DNA of 64,000 nucleotides from Entomortierella parvispora E1425 (lineage: Eukaryota > Fungi > Mortierellomycota), in the NCBI GenBank assembly GCA_020891255.1, contig BQFW01000004.1, positions 1,984,001 to 2,048,000 of the forward strand. Direction: 5' to 3'. The translations under genes were made by a program, and so were the position numbers. Below are positions 1 through 11,369 of this stretch, in pieces; within the stretch, counting starts at the first letter, position 1, and the number at the start of each line of letters is the position of its first letter. The notes beneath the pieces are model-generated. The model was not told the origin of the DNA and searched no databases. It was given only the letters and a program-made list of their open reading frames with translations.

Positions 1-3000
1 CATGGAAAGTCTGATGGCAACCAGATGTCAGCAAGGATCGTTACATTTGATTCTGGCATGAGTGCAAAGGACTATATCGAAGAGTTTTATATTCTGCGAC
101 CCTCGACTCCCAGCAACTCGGATGAAACTACTGCTAAAGAATATGCCGGAATCAAAGGACAGTCTCTTACACACGAGGCCCTGGGATTCATTCAGAAATT
201 CATCTGCAATGTGCTCGACTTGTGCATGAAAGACGAGGACGGGGTACACACCAAGACTTTGAGACCTATGATTCTCAAGGCATGTAAAACTCTCACTATT
301 CTTTCCCGGTACCAGTCTCCGCCTACTGTTTCCGAAGATTATTTCTCAGGCTTGTGGCTTGATAAGATGAGAACCGCCTGCTGCAAGGTAACAGAAGTCA
401 TATTTTGATCAGCCTTGTTTGTTCTTCATATCACTATACGATTATTTATCATTTTTCCTTCTTTTTGGTAACAGGTCAATGACTTTTCAATTGTGGATGC
501 TGTGGTGACTACGCTGGTGGATCTGACGGTAGACATGAAAGTCATTTCCCCTTCATTTTTGGACAACCGAGAGCATCTACGACCAATTGTAGACAGGATT
601 TGGATGTTCCTCGCCGAAGAACACATGCATTTGCATTTGCGTGCCTCTCAGTTGCTTTGGATGCTTCAGGATATGACCGCCGTTAGCCATGAGGTCGAGA
701 CGGCCATTGCCTCTTATCTGGTATCCGACAACACAAAGATCCGAATTGATGCCTTCCAAAAGTTTGGCGTGTTCTGGAGACTATCAGGTAAGAAGGCAAA
801 GAGAATGCCTTGCTGCAAAAAACACTTTCCCGAGATCAAAAACATTGACATTAGTTATATTTGTAGATGATATTCAGCACAACCCTGCCGCGTTTGTGCG
901 CCCAATGATGCTCATGCTGGACTCTCTCAGCAGTACCAATCCGTCTAATAGGAGGGCAGGTGAAACTTGGATTCGCAGCAACCTCAAATCATACCCACGA
1001 CTCTTGGACCCACTGCTTCTTGTCCTTTATGACCAGTCTATTGTGAGGGTCCAGTCAGAGGAGACTTTCCACAACGAGTACTTTCCTGTGCACTACTATA
1101 TCCGAAACTTCAATCAAGCCCAAGTCCAATATGTGTTTAACACGTTGTTGACTGTATTCCGATTTGGTGGTTTGGGCTTCTTGCGTTCCATCAGGCAGTC
1201 TACAGTGCCTCCAGAGGTGGCGACAGCTGTGTCCGAGATAGTCGGTAATTCTGGTAAGATCCAGACTGCGACTCTTCGAATGCATCGATGTAATGATCAT
1301 TACTGATATCCTCCCTTTTCATTTAGATCCTAAAACTACGCCCACTTACTTGGACTGCTTCGTTCGATCGGCCTTGAGGTATGGGAATCATTTTCTGAAA
1401 TGGCATTGATGTCTGGCTGCGGGGATTGCCTAGAAGCTGACTCAGCTTGATTGCCTTTTAGATTTATCGAAAGTGAGCCGACGAGCGACTTCAAGTTGAT
1501 GCTGAACTTGAATGAGGAGATCCACATGGTGGCAGCGGATTTTTTGCATTTCATCATTTCCAAGATCGACCATGTTGAAACATCATTGCTGGCAATGATC
1601 CACAAGACTGTTATCAACAAGATGCTCTACTGCATCAATCATAGCCGATTGGACCTCCAAAGTCGACTCCTCCATCTCCTTCACGCCACTATTTTGATGG
1701 GAACAACACCAGTTAAGAAGGCAATAGCAGGAGCTGGCCCAAGCGCAGGCACAAGCTCTTCACAGAGTGGGGCCATGGTGAGAGATAGCTCCATGTCGAC
1801 ATTCGAAGGCTCCACTGGCTCGAGTCAAGCAGTGGCGGATTCGAACGAAAGTCTATTCCGCATTGTGGGTTCGTCCCCGCTGTTTGTCAAGACAGTCTTT
1901 GATGCATTATCTGTACCTTCCAATCGCCCGATTCTTCAGCATTGGATGGACTTTTTGATGTTGGCACTCCCATTCCTGACGAATTATTTCCGCAAAGTAC
2001 TGTTGCCTGTCATCCAATGTCTTTGCGATCAGATCCTCAGGAGTCGCGCATGCCTTATCGAGGCCTATGCAGACCATGACAGACAGTCAAATACGACCCC
2101 TAACTTGACGGATCAGGACCTAATGATCTTTTTGACTGGAGTCGAGCGGTTGCTGACCTTCAGTTTGGCAGAGGCGCGACTTGGAGAGGAAGTCGACTCG
2201 GTTCACAAGCAAGAGTGGATGGATGGATTGCGCGGTACACAGGGGTTGGTGGCAAACGTCCTCAGTATTGAGGTCCACTCTAGCGATGCCTTCCAAGAGA
2301 ACAAGGTACTGATCAAAGATGACTTCATAGACGTTTATGATCTTTATTACTAATCTTGTCCTTGCTGCGTTGTAGGCGAGAGATACCGTTCTCTTCAACA
2401 TTGTGGGCATCATTCAGATCTTTGTTGAACTCTGGTCAGTCTTTGATCAGAAGAATGTAGCTGTAGCCTCGGAGGCCGAAAACGTGTCTCTCCAATTTAT
2501 TGGTGAGCGCGTGCGAGCTCGAGTAAAGCGAATTCTGGCAGGCCTCTACAAGTCTTACCCCTCGGAAGTGACAGAGGCGTTTGTGGAACTCTTCTTGGCA
2601 GAAAACCCGTCATCGTTGGATCTGGAGAATGTGAAGACGGATTTGGATTTCAGGACGCTGGATATTTTAAGTGCAGTTCCCGGAGCCTCTCCTCTGGCCA
2701 TCTTCCTGACACTTATCGAGAGCATTCGGGCAAGAACTCAGGGCATGACCACGACTCGGTCAAAGCGGCCCAATCTCCGAATCAGCAAAGCGTATGGACA
2801 TGGCCTTTCATCTATATTTTTTTACTTTGATGGCAGTATGCGCGTTTGCTTTTGCTAACATGGTTCAATTCCTTTTGAATAGAACGGATATCGTGTTGTT
2901 GCGATTTGTCGAAATTTACTGCTCGTATCTCCCCAACGTGGAATCATTGGTGGATCTCTGGCCTCTGTGTTTGAATTTTGTCCGCGAATACTTCCCACAG

Positions 3001-5235
3001 GCAACCACCTTCAAGTACGCCTTCCCGTCTCTCCTGCGGATCATGACTGTCTTGTGTGATCGCCTCTCCCATACCAACTACTTTGAGGACAAAAAGATTC
3101 GTCGTGATGCAGCAGATCTTTACGCTCGCGTTCTGGACTATTGCGTGTTGATTGCTGGTCGATCGTTTGACCAAGGCATCTGGTTAAGGAACAGAAACCC
3201 CCAAGATTTCGAGATCCTGGAAGAAAGTGGTAAGGGCAAGGCATAAAAAATTGGCGCTGATTTATGGGTTGTAATCCATGCGACAACTGACTAATGCTTT
3301 CGAATTGTTTTGCTATATTGCTATAGATGACTCCAGAGAGTCGACTCGGCCTCCTTCTAGCATTTCAGACGTTGATCAAACCAAGCGCGCTGGCAAGACC
3401 AAAGAAGACGTGCTCATCCAACAGATTCTGGTCAGCCTTTGCCAGCTCATTATTCCAAACATGCGGAGGATCTTGTTGGAGCAGGACCGTATCACCACCG
3501 CCATTACAAACTTGATGTATTATGTAATTGCTCCTGCTCTCAAGACACGCGTGGGCCTGCATGATACAACGGTGGATCTCCTCTGTGAGATTTCCAAGAT
3601 TCCCTTCGCCTACAGGATGTGGCGAAAGGAGGTATGGGAGGTGTTTTTGGACAACCGGTTCTTCGCAATGGGACCTGCCGCCGCCAGGAAGTGGCGTATC
3701 TTGATTCAAACAGCCATGGTCTCAGAGAAAGATAGGCTGGTCGAGCTGCTTGGTAAGTGACTTGTCGCGTTTCGTTTGCATAAGAATTTAAATCCCTCGT
3801 ATTCCTGTCTAACATGCCCATTCGTCTCGTCTAGGCCGTATTTCGACATCGCCGACGACAGCCTTGTTCAGTAGCAGGGACCAAGAATCTTTGAACAGGG
3901 CCTTGATGTTGCGTCGACTGACGTTTATTATTTGGTGTGGAACTGTTGATCAGTACCTCCCGCAATTGCCAAACATCCAAGAAAAGCTTGTGGAGCTGTT
4001 AAAGTTGAGTTCCACGGAACAGGTCCACCCTGAGGTAATGTGACTATAAAAAGAAGAGACAAGGTTTTACGAGCACACGAGACCTGACTCGACTTGACTC
4101 TGACCTCCTTGACGTTGAATGTATCTTTTAGATTTACCTGTGTCTTCGCGTCTTGCTGTGCCGAATCTCCAATCAGCATCTCAACAACTTTTGGCCAGTA
4201 TTGCTGACGGAGCTGGTACGTGAATCAACAAGACTCGATGAGTTTATGAGCAGGGTGCGGCGCTATTACTGATTTTCTTTTTCTTTACTGTGACTCTTTG
4301 TCTTTTATTCAGATTCAATTGTTCAATCTTTTCCTCACCGACGAGAACGATCGACCTGAACAGGTGCAGCTCTTTTTGTCTGCCTGTAAATTCTTGGATT
4401 TGCTATTCGTCCTCGAGAACGGACTCTACTTCATGTAAGCCAAGAGAGAGGGAGAGCGAGAAGGAAAGCGACAGAGAGATGGCTAGTGCGGCATAGATCA
4501 AAACTGCAATCGTGATGACAAGTCTTATTATACTTTGGACTCACATAATCCTCCCCCCTTTTTTTTCTCACGCATGATAGTCACCAATGGATCTTCATTT
4601 CGGATGCTATCCGCAAGACGGTGATGCACTCCCCGATGGGCGAAGCCATGCCCCACGCCCTTATGGATCGACTGGGCCGGAAGTTGTTTGAGGAAGCTCC
4701 TTTGGATGGATACGCTAGTGGTTCTACGAATGTCATTGCCGGGAGTGCAGGTTCGGTGCAGGATCCGTCCTCACAGCACGTTGGACAACAGTCGGCCGGG
4801 TCTGACGATCAATGGCTGACGGAGAATGATATCCTTGAGCAAATGTCGTTTGGCGCGGGTAGCCGACAGAACAATTCGTTTGCAACAACAGGATCAACGT
4901 TGTCACTCCCTCTCTCCACATCTTCGACGGTGATTGGAGCTGGATCCATGACGGCTGGACCAAGGGCTGGAGCCAGCAGCGAACAACCACCGCATCAGCA
5001 ACCACAACAACAGCAACTGAGCAAAGACGGAAGTGTGTCTACGAGAGCTTCATTGAAGCGTCCGATGCTGACGATGCGGTCCATTCAGCATGTGCGCGAG
5101 CTCGAGTTCTTCCTGACTCATGTTGCCCAGTATGTGTACCACACAACATATACACTTGCCAAGCCGGACACGCGGTTCATTGAGGCTCTTATTGAGCGCG
5201 ATATGCTCGGCAACAATGGTAGTATGGAAGATTAG
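1..5235 (+). CDS. DOP1: Dopey/DOP1 family Golgi-endosome trafficking protein, multi-exon, 5' end outside the window
   Basis: Chained ORFs joined by GT-AG introns. Dopey-like segments include RPMMLMLDSL...WIRSNLKSYPRLLDPLL and LLLRRLTFIIWCGTVDQYLPQLPNIQEKLVELLK. Intron 4435-4580 joins ...LYF-I to HQWIFISDA, which makes ORF 4621..5235 the last exon. Confidence 0.88.
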
Positions 5236-5595
5236 AGAGGAGGTGGGGTGATGCAAAGAATTGTAGAAATAGACCTTGTCGCGTGAGTTTTCTGTGTGTT
5301 TCTTTGTGTGTCTGTGTGTATCTGTGTTCCTGTGTGGGAACGAAATGAAACGAAAAACCAAAACGGTCGTTGTGCTGGGCGCAAAGTGCAAATAGCGGGC
5401 TCTGGCAGTCCAGGGTTGCAGACACAAATGGAACATGAATGCGTGAATGCATGAATGCAATAAGCGGCCGTCGAAACTGCCGATTCCCATTCTTGTCTGC
5501 TGTCCGGCAACGGCAAGCACGCAGAGGGCCAGCCGGTCTGCCGACAGAGACTCGCAGGAAGACTAAGAGACCCGGCCCAGAAAGAAAGGGCTGCA

Positions 5596-5630
5596 GCAGT
5601 GCAGTGCAGTGCAGTGTCGGTGCAGTGCAG
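5596..5630 (+). repeat. (GTGCA)n pentanucleotide microsatellite
   Basis: gcagtgcagtgcagtgcagtgtcggtgcagtgcag read directly. Confidence 0.9.
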
Positions 5631-5662
5631 GGTAACATTCTGAAGACAGACAGGCAGAGGAA

Positions 5663-5714
5663 GACAGACAGGACAGACAGGACAGACAGGACAGACACGG
5701 ACAGACACGGACAG
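5663..5714 (+). repeat. 9-10 bp tandem repeat (GACAGACAG / GACAGACACG), about 5 units
   Basis: gacagacag x3 followed by gacagacacg x2, read directly. Confidence 0.9.
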
Positions 5715-7148
5715 GCAGAGAGTGCAGCCAAGTAGTCAAGTCAGCCATGCCCCCAGCCAGCCAGCCAACCGCATTCACCCATCCACTGAAAAATGTTCAG
5801 ACCGGTGACCCCACGAAGGTCTTTTTTTTCCCTCTCTCTTTCTCTTCCCTGTCCTCTCTCTGTGCTCTCTCCCCTCCCTTTGCCCTTCCTTTTTCCGTTT
5901 GCATTGCATTGCATGTGCTCGCTGCATTCCTTTGCTCTCACTCTCCTTCTGTTTCTTCTCTCTCTCTTCTCTCTCTCTTCTCTCTCTCTCATTCTCTCAT
6001 TCTCTTCTCTCTCATTCTCTCTCATTCTCTTTCCATCCCACCCAGTCATCCTTCATTCCTTCATTCCTTCATTCCTTTACCCGTTTGTTTGTTACCTCCC
6101 TTTCTCCCCACACTGACTTTCCGCTGTTTCGGACAGAAACTCTCTTCCCTCGCCGCCAGAACCAATCCCCACAAAGTCGCCGTCGTCGTTGATCACTCCT
6201 CGCTGTGCTTCTCTCTTGCACGCATACTTGCGCCTGTTTCCTTCCTCTCCTCTTCTCCCACTTTCGCTCTTCAAAGAAAGAACCCCCTTGACGCTTCCTT
6301 CGTCGCCTTCCCTCCCCTCTGCTCTTTTTCTTTCCATCGCTCACCCCCCACCCACCAAAATCCAAGTCCGCCACAATTCCTGTCCCCTGTCTTTGCGCTT
6401 CTCGTCAAGATCGAACGCTTCCTCTTCGGTCCTGGTCCCTGCCCCCGCCCGTGCCTCTTTTCGATCCTGTAGTGCCGGCCTTACTCTGGAGGACACCCCA
6501 GCCGCCTTGACGGGGTGATTGAACTCAAAGAAACTCCAAAAGAGGCCTCACAGTCGCTGGCAAAAGCTCCCCTCTGCCTTTTGCTGCCGATTGTGCTGTG
6601 TTTTCCTTACGTTTCTTTGACTTAGCATTTCAAGGATAAAAAAAACCCCCTCCCCCTTCTCTTCTTTCCTCTCCTTTCTAGCTCTCTCTTCCTCCCTCAA
6701 GATCGAGTATCGATCTCAATCCTTTTCACTTTTTGTTTTTTAATCTTTTTTTCACCATTCTTTCCTGAGAGAGACGACAAAGTGCAAGGACCTCGTCTGG
6801 GTCAAAGCTGGTTCTTTCTGCTCTGCCCACTTCCGTTCCTGCGAACGGGATTCGAGTTTCGTCTTGCTCCCGGTGACAGCTTGATCTTCCAACGACCAAA
6901 GCTACCCCACACAAACATTCTGTGTTCCCGCTCTCTGAGCCGTCCTTCCTTTCCATCCAGGCAAGGCAACCTTTTTTTTTTTTATTATTTTGGCCACCCC
7001 CCGTCCTCCTCTTGCTAGATTTGTTCGCAAGACGCACGCACCCTTTCTTCCCTCTGCAAGAAGCGTTTAGCGTGAGCCCAAGAGTATCATCATACTCTAT
7101 TGTGGCCTGCCCGCAAGTTCCTTCTTTTTCGTCACACGTCTCCTCGAA

Positions 7149-10100
7149 ATGGGCTCATCTTCAACCGTCATTGGAGGTGAATACCTGGTCCTTGGCAAGA
7201 TTGGCGAGGGTTCGTTTGGTGAGGTCTTTCGAGGTAAGACTTGCAACAATTAGGATCAGAAAAAAAAAAAAAAAAAAAAAAAAAAGAGGGGACAAATGTG
7301 TCAATCCTTCACGTAAACTGGTGCCTTTGCTTCAGTTCTCTTGGAACTCGCGATGGACAGGTCGACAGCGAAACATGGCAGGGCAGCAGACACAAATGCA
7401 GTTTTACCTTGTTCCTGATCGATATCGATGGGATGAGGATCTCTCAATTGCTCGTCAGTTGATCCGACTGTGATATGAACAACTATGCTGATGCTCTCTC
7501 CTTTTCTCACACACCATCCTCTCTTTTTTTTTTTTTTTTTTTTTTATTCACGCCATTCACAGCCACCCACCAGGCTACCGGCGTTGACTATGCAATCAAG
7601 CGCGAGCCGATTAATGTTGAACATCCTCAGTTGGGGCACGAGGCCAAGATGTACGAGCGACTTGCTGGAGGAGGTACAGTGACCCTTTCATTCAGCATTT
7701 ATTTCTGTCTTTTTTTCTGTTGTCAGTGCACCCATGCACCCAGGCATCTCGAGCCCTCACGTTTCCTTCCCCCTCGCCAAAGAAAAAAAGGGTGATCGGT
7801 CATGAAAACAAAAGGTTACCAGCCAACCAACGCGTGGGTTCGCCTGTGGTGTGAGACTACTACTGTCAACAATGGTGAGAGGACTTGTCCCTTGATGCGA
7901 TGTGTGCGCACAGTCCCTCTGTCTCAGTGTCCCTCTGTCTCAGTGCGGTGTGGGTCACCTCAAGGGCTGGAAGAAATTGTTCAAAACGACACTACTGGAA
8001 CGGATCAACTACATCACACTAACAAGCCTCCCACGCCAACTCTGCATGCCTCTATAGCTGGTATTCCTCGTATGCATTGGTATGGTAGAGAAGGCTCCTA
8101 CAATGCTCTGGTCATTGACCTCCTTGGGCCAAACCTGAAGCAGGTGCGCCGTGAGAACGAGAAGTTTCCACTTAGTTTCGTTATTGAGCTTGGAGTACAG
8201 ATCGTAAGGATTGTGTTCACTCTTTTGTTGTTGTTATTGTTGTTGTTGTTGCTGTTGCTGTCCTCCTTCGTTCATCTGACCTTGCGGACCAAATTCGTTG
8301 TACGCATAGATTACTCAACTAGAGTTTATTCACAAGCAAGGGATCGTCTATCGCGATGTAAAGCCCGAGAACTTCTTGTTGGACGACAGCATCGTGTTCC
8401 CAGAGGCTCCGGCAGGCAAGACGCTCACGCCACCAATCTTCCCAGATCATATCATGAGCTTCTTTAACGATACTCGCCGGCGCCAGCACAGTATCGAGTC
8501 TACTCACTCGACCCTCTCCAACCTTTCCTCGTCGCCAACTTCCCCCATTCTGCTGGGCTATGGCAAGCCAAAGTTGTTCATTGTTGATTTTGGATTGGCA
8601 ACGTTTTACCGCGATCCTTCTGGAAAACATATGCATGGCAGGGGTACCGTGAGGCACAAGGTTGGCACTGCTCGATATGCCAGTCTCAACATTCATAACG
8701 GACGAGGTACTTTATTAATTGAGATGAACACTCCTGTCGTCATCTCGAATTGAATGCTAACTAAAGATGTCCCAACTTGTCTTTCATAGAGCACTCTCGT
8801 CGTGATGACATCGAGTCAGTAGGATACATGCTTTTGGAATTCCTTATTGGAACACTGCCTTGGTCTGGGATCGCTGCCAGGAACTCCAAGCAAGGATGGG
8901 CAAAAATGAAGGAAATTAAGGAAGAGATTGAGTTGGATGAGCTCTGCGAAGGTCTCCCTCGGGGGTTTATGACGTTTATCGGATATGCTCGTGGACTGGT
9001 GTTCGATGAGGAACCCGACTATGACTACCTTCGAAAGATACTGACTTCTTCAGCTGGACGTGGAGCTGAGGCACAAACAGTCCGATTTTACAGAGAGCCT
9101 GCTGGTGGAGTGTCGCGGTCGCTCGAGAATTGCTTCAGCGGTCTCCATATCCAGCAACAGCATCCCGCAGCCCCTGCCCAGGAAATTCCTATCAAGAAGA
9201 GCGATCCTTTCAAAACAAAGGAACGTGTGAAGGATAATCCTCTGGAGAACTGGCGCAAACGTCCTCAATACGTGCCAGCTGAGAAAGCCGAGTTCCAAGA
9301 CTACAACCCAGAGTCGCTGTGGACGACCACACCGCCAGACGTGCAAACCTCTGGTGAATTCTCGATTGTAGCTTGCAATGGTGATATCCAAGAGGACCTC
9401 AAGGACCAAATCGATTGGGAGATTGTGCCGGAAAACGGTGGTGAAGTCGACCCGTCTCATAACTGGGGTGAGGTGGACAAGCAGGACATTACCGAATGGG
9501 GCCATGATGATGGCGCTGACGCAGGAACTGTACAGTCGGGCTTTGGTAGTTACCCTCCGTTCAACGTTGGATCATTCCCTGGCGATTCTGCTGCTGAGCT
9601 GATTCCGCACAAGGATGCTCGACCTGGCCCTGATGGCCTGGGGCTTCAGTTTGCTCGGCAATCGCAGCATGCACCTCAAGATGCTAGACTTTACTCGAAC
9701 GAGCCACCGTTTGGCCTTTTGCCACCATCGGCTCGCGTCGCCGCTTTTACCGCACAGGAGCCTTCTGCAGCATCCACTGTCAACGTCGCTGCATCACAAC
9801 CGTCATACACGAGAAACCGTCAATATTCACGCGAATATTCTGGTCGACTGGGTATCGACACATCCCTTGCGGCACCAGTTCATCCTTTAGCTCGCGACTC
9901 TGCCGCGACAAAAACCGACTATCCTGGACATCACTCGCTTTCCCCAAAGTCTCTGTCCTCCTCATTCTCGTCCATAAATGTGCGTTCTGGCCAGGAGGTG
10001 GAGCCTGGAATTGAGCATTCGCAACGCGGATACCCAGTCGAGGCTAGTAGTCCCGTCAAAGTGGGTGGCGCTCAACAACATCATCCATCCTATCATGGCT

Positions 10101-10777
10101 CTCAAGATCGTGCTCATGGACGGTCCCATCGTCCCGACAATGGTTGGGAAGGAGACAGATTGAACCGGGATGGATCTCAAGACGAACACCCTTCTCATTA
10201 CGGTGGTGGACACCGAAGTGGCAGCGAAAACTGGCAGTATCATCGCCAGCATCCTCAGCCACAACATCCGTTTGACAACCGACGCGATCGGTGGCGACCT
10301 GCAGGAGGAGGCAGACCTGGCCCCGCCCATGGCTCTATTGACGGATCAGTGGATAGTCATGAATGGAATCATGGTCGTCGATCGAGACAAGTCTCTGCTC
10401 CAGGAAGTCGATTCCAAGGTGCACCATCCCACCCGAGCCCCAATCCCAACTCCAATAACGCCCCACCGCTGCCTTTGTCTGGCTCCCAGCGACCCCAGTG
10501 GGGGATCCCACCATTTGGCAGTGGAGGCGGGCACCATCCACCATCGCAGCAGCAGCAATCATACCCACCAAAATATCATCGTGCGGCCGAATATGATCAA
10601 AGCCACTCTCAGGGCGGAGGAGGGTATGGCTACAATAGCTACAATGGTGGATACCGCGACCAACGACGTCGATCTTCTCGATCTCGTAAATGTTCCAACA
10701 CGAGTCTTCAAGAGACTTTCAAGAGCAACAACATGAACCTGGTGAAAAACGGCGGCAGTCGTGTGCGGCCCAAGTGA
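7149..10777 (+). CDS. Casein kinase I family Ser/Thr kinase with a kinase-domain insert and a long disordered C-terminal tail
   Basis: Five exons: 7149-7233, 7563-7673, from 8058, from ~8310, and from ~8791 to 10777. Motifs: IGEGSFGEVF, YAIKRE, HPQLGHE, GIPRMHWYG, VIDLLGPNL, YRDVKPENFLL, DFGLA, GTARYASLN and SRRDDIESVGY. Confidence 0.93.
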
Positions 10778-10789
10778 ATAAGCGACAGT

Positions 10790-11244
10790 TTCTATTTCTT
10801 TTCTTTTTTTTTTCTCGCCTTGAAATGGAGCAAGTGCAGTTGTGCTCAAGTAGTAATAAAAACAGCTTCGGTGCCACCTGAAGGGATGATTTGTTGAAAC
10901 AGTTACTCTCACTTTCGTTGGCAAGTCCTACCTGGGGCTGCCGCTCAAAGTCGTCCGTAAGCGACTCCAGCAGTTGAAGGGTGAGTTTTCGAATAAGGTC
11001 GGCGTGTTTGCTGAGGTGAAGCCAAGGCGGAGCAGTGCATGTCTGATCACTACTGTTCATTGTATCCTCGCCTGTGCTCCTCTGTACCTCTTTCCATATC
11101 TCGCAAATCAAGATCTGGCGCCATTGACGACACGATGAGCGAGTGCCGATCCAAGAATTGGCTGGTCAGCTCCAGTATTTCTGGTAGACTAAGTGGGCTT
11201 TGCGAAGGACCATGACTTTGCTGAAGACCCTCTGGGTGCAGCAT
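10790..11244 (-). pseudogene. Frameshifted, truncated F-box gene relic
   Basis: ATG 11244 gives SPLSLPEILELTSQFLDRHSLIVS. The rest of the F-box (RQWRQILICEIWKEV...LSKHADLIRKL) continues in a different frame. There is no room for an LRR region before the convergent CK1 3' end. Confidence 0.62.
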
Positions 11245-11369
11245 GCAGGAATGTCGCTTGTCGAATCGATCTCTGTTTCTCTCTCCCAGTTCAGTCAGGG
11301 CGCCGTACGGCGCGCTGCGACAGGTGGAGGGAATGCGCCACCAAAATTATTAAAGTGTCTTTATTTCGT

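Noticed and set aside
5050-7100. Many ORFs of 70-240 aa between DOP1 and CK1
   Set aside because: Translations are products of CT/GA microsatellites and low-complexity promoter/UTR sequence
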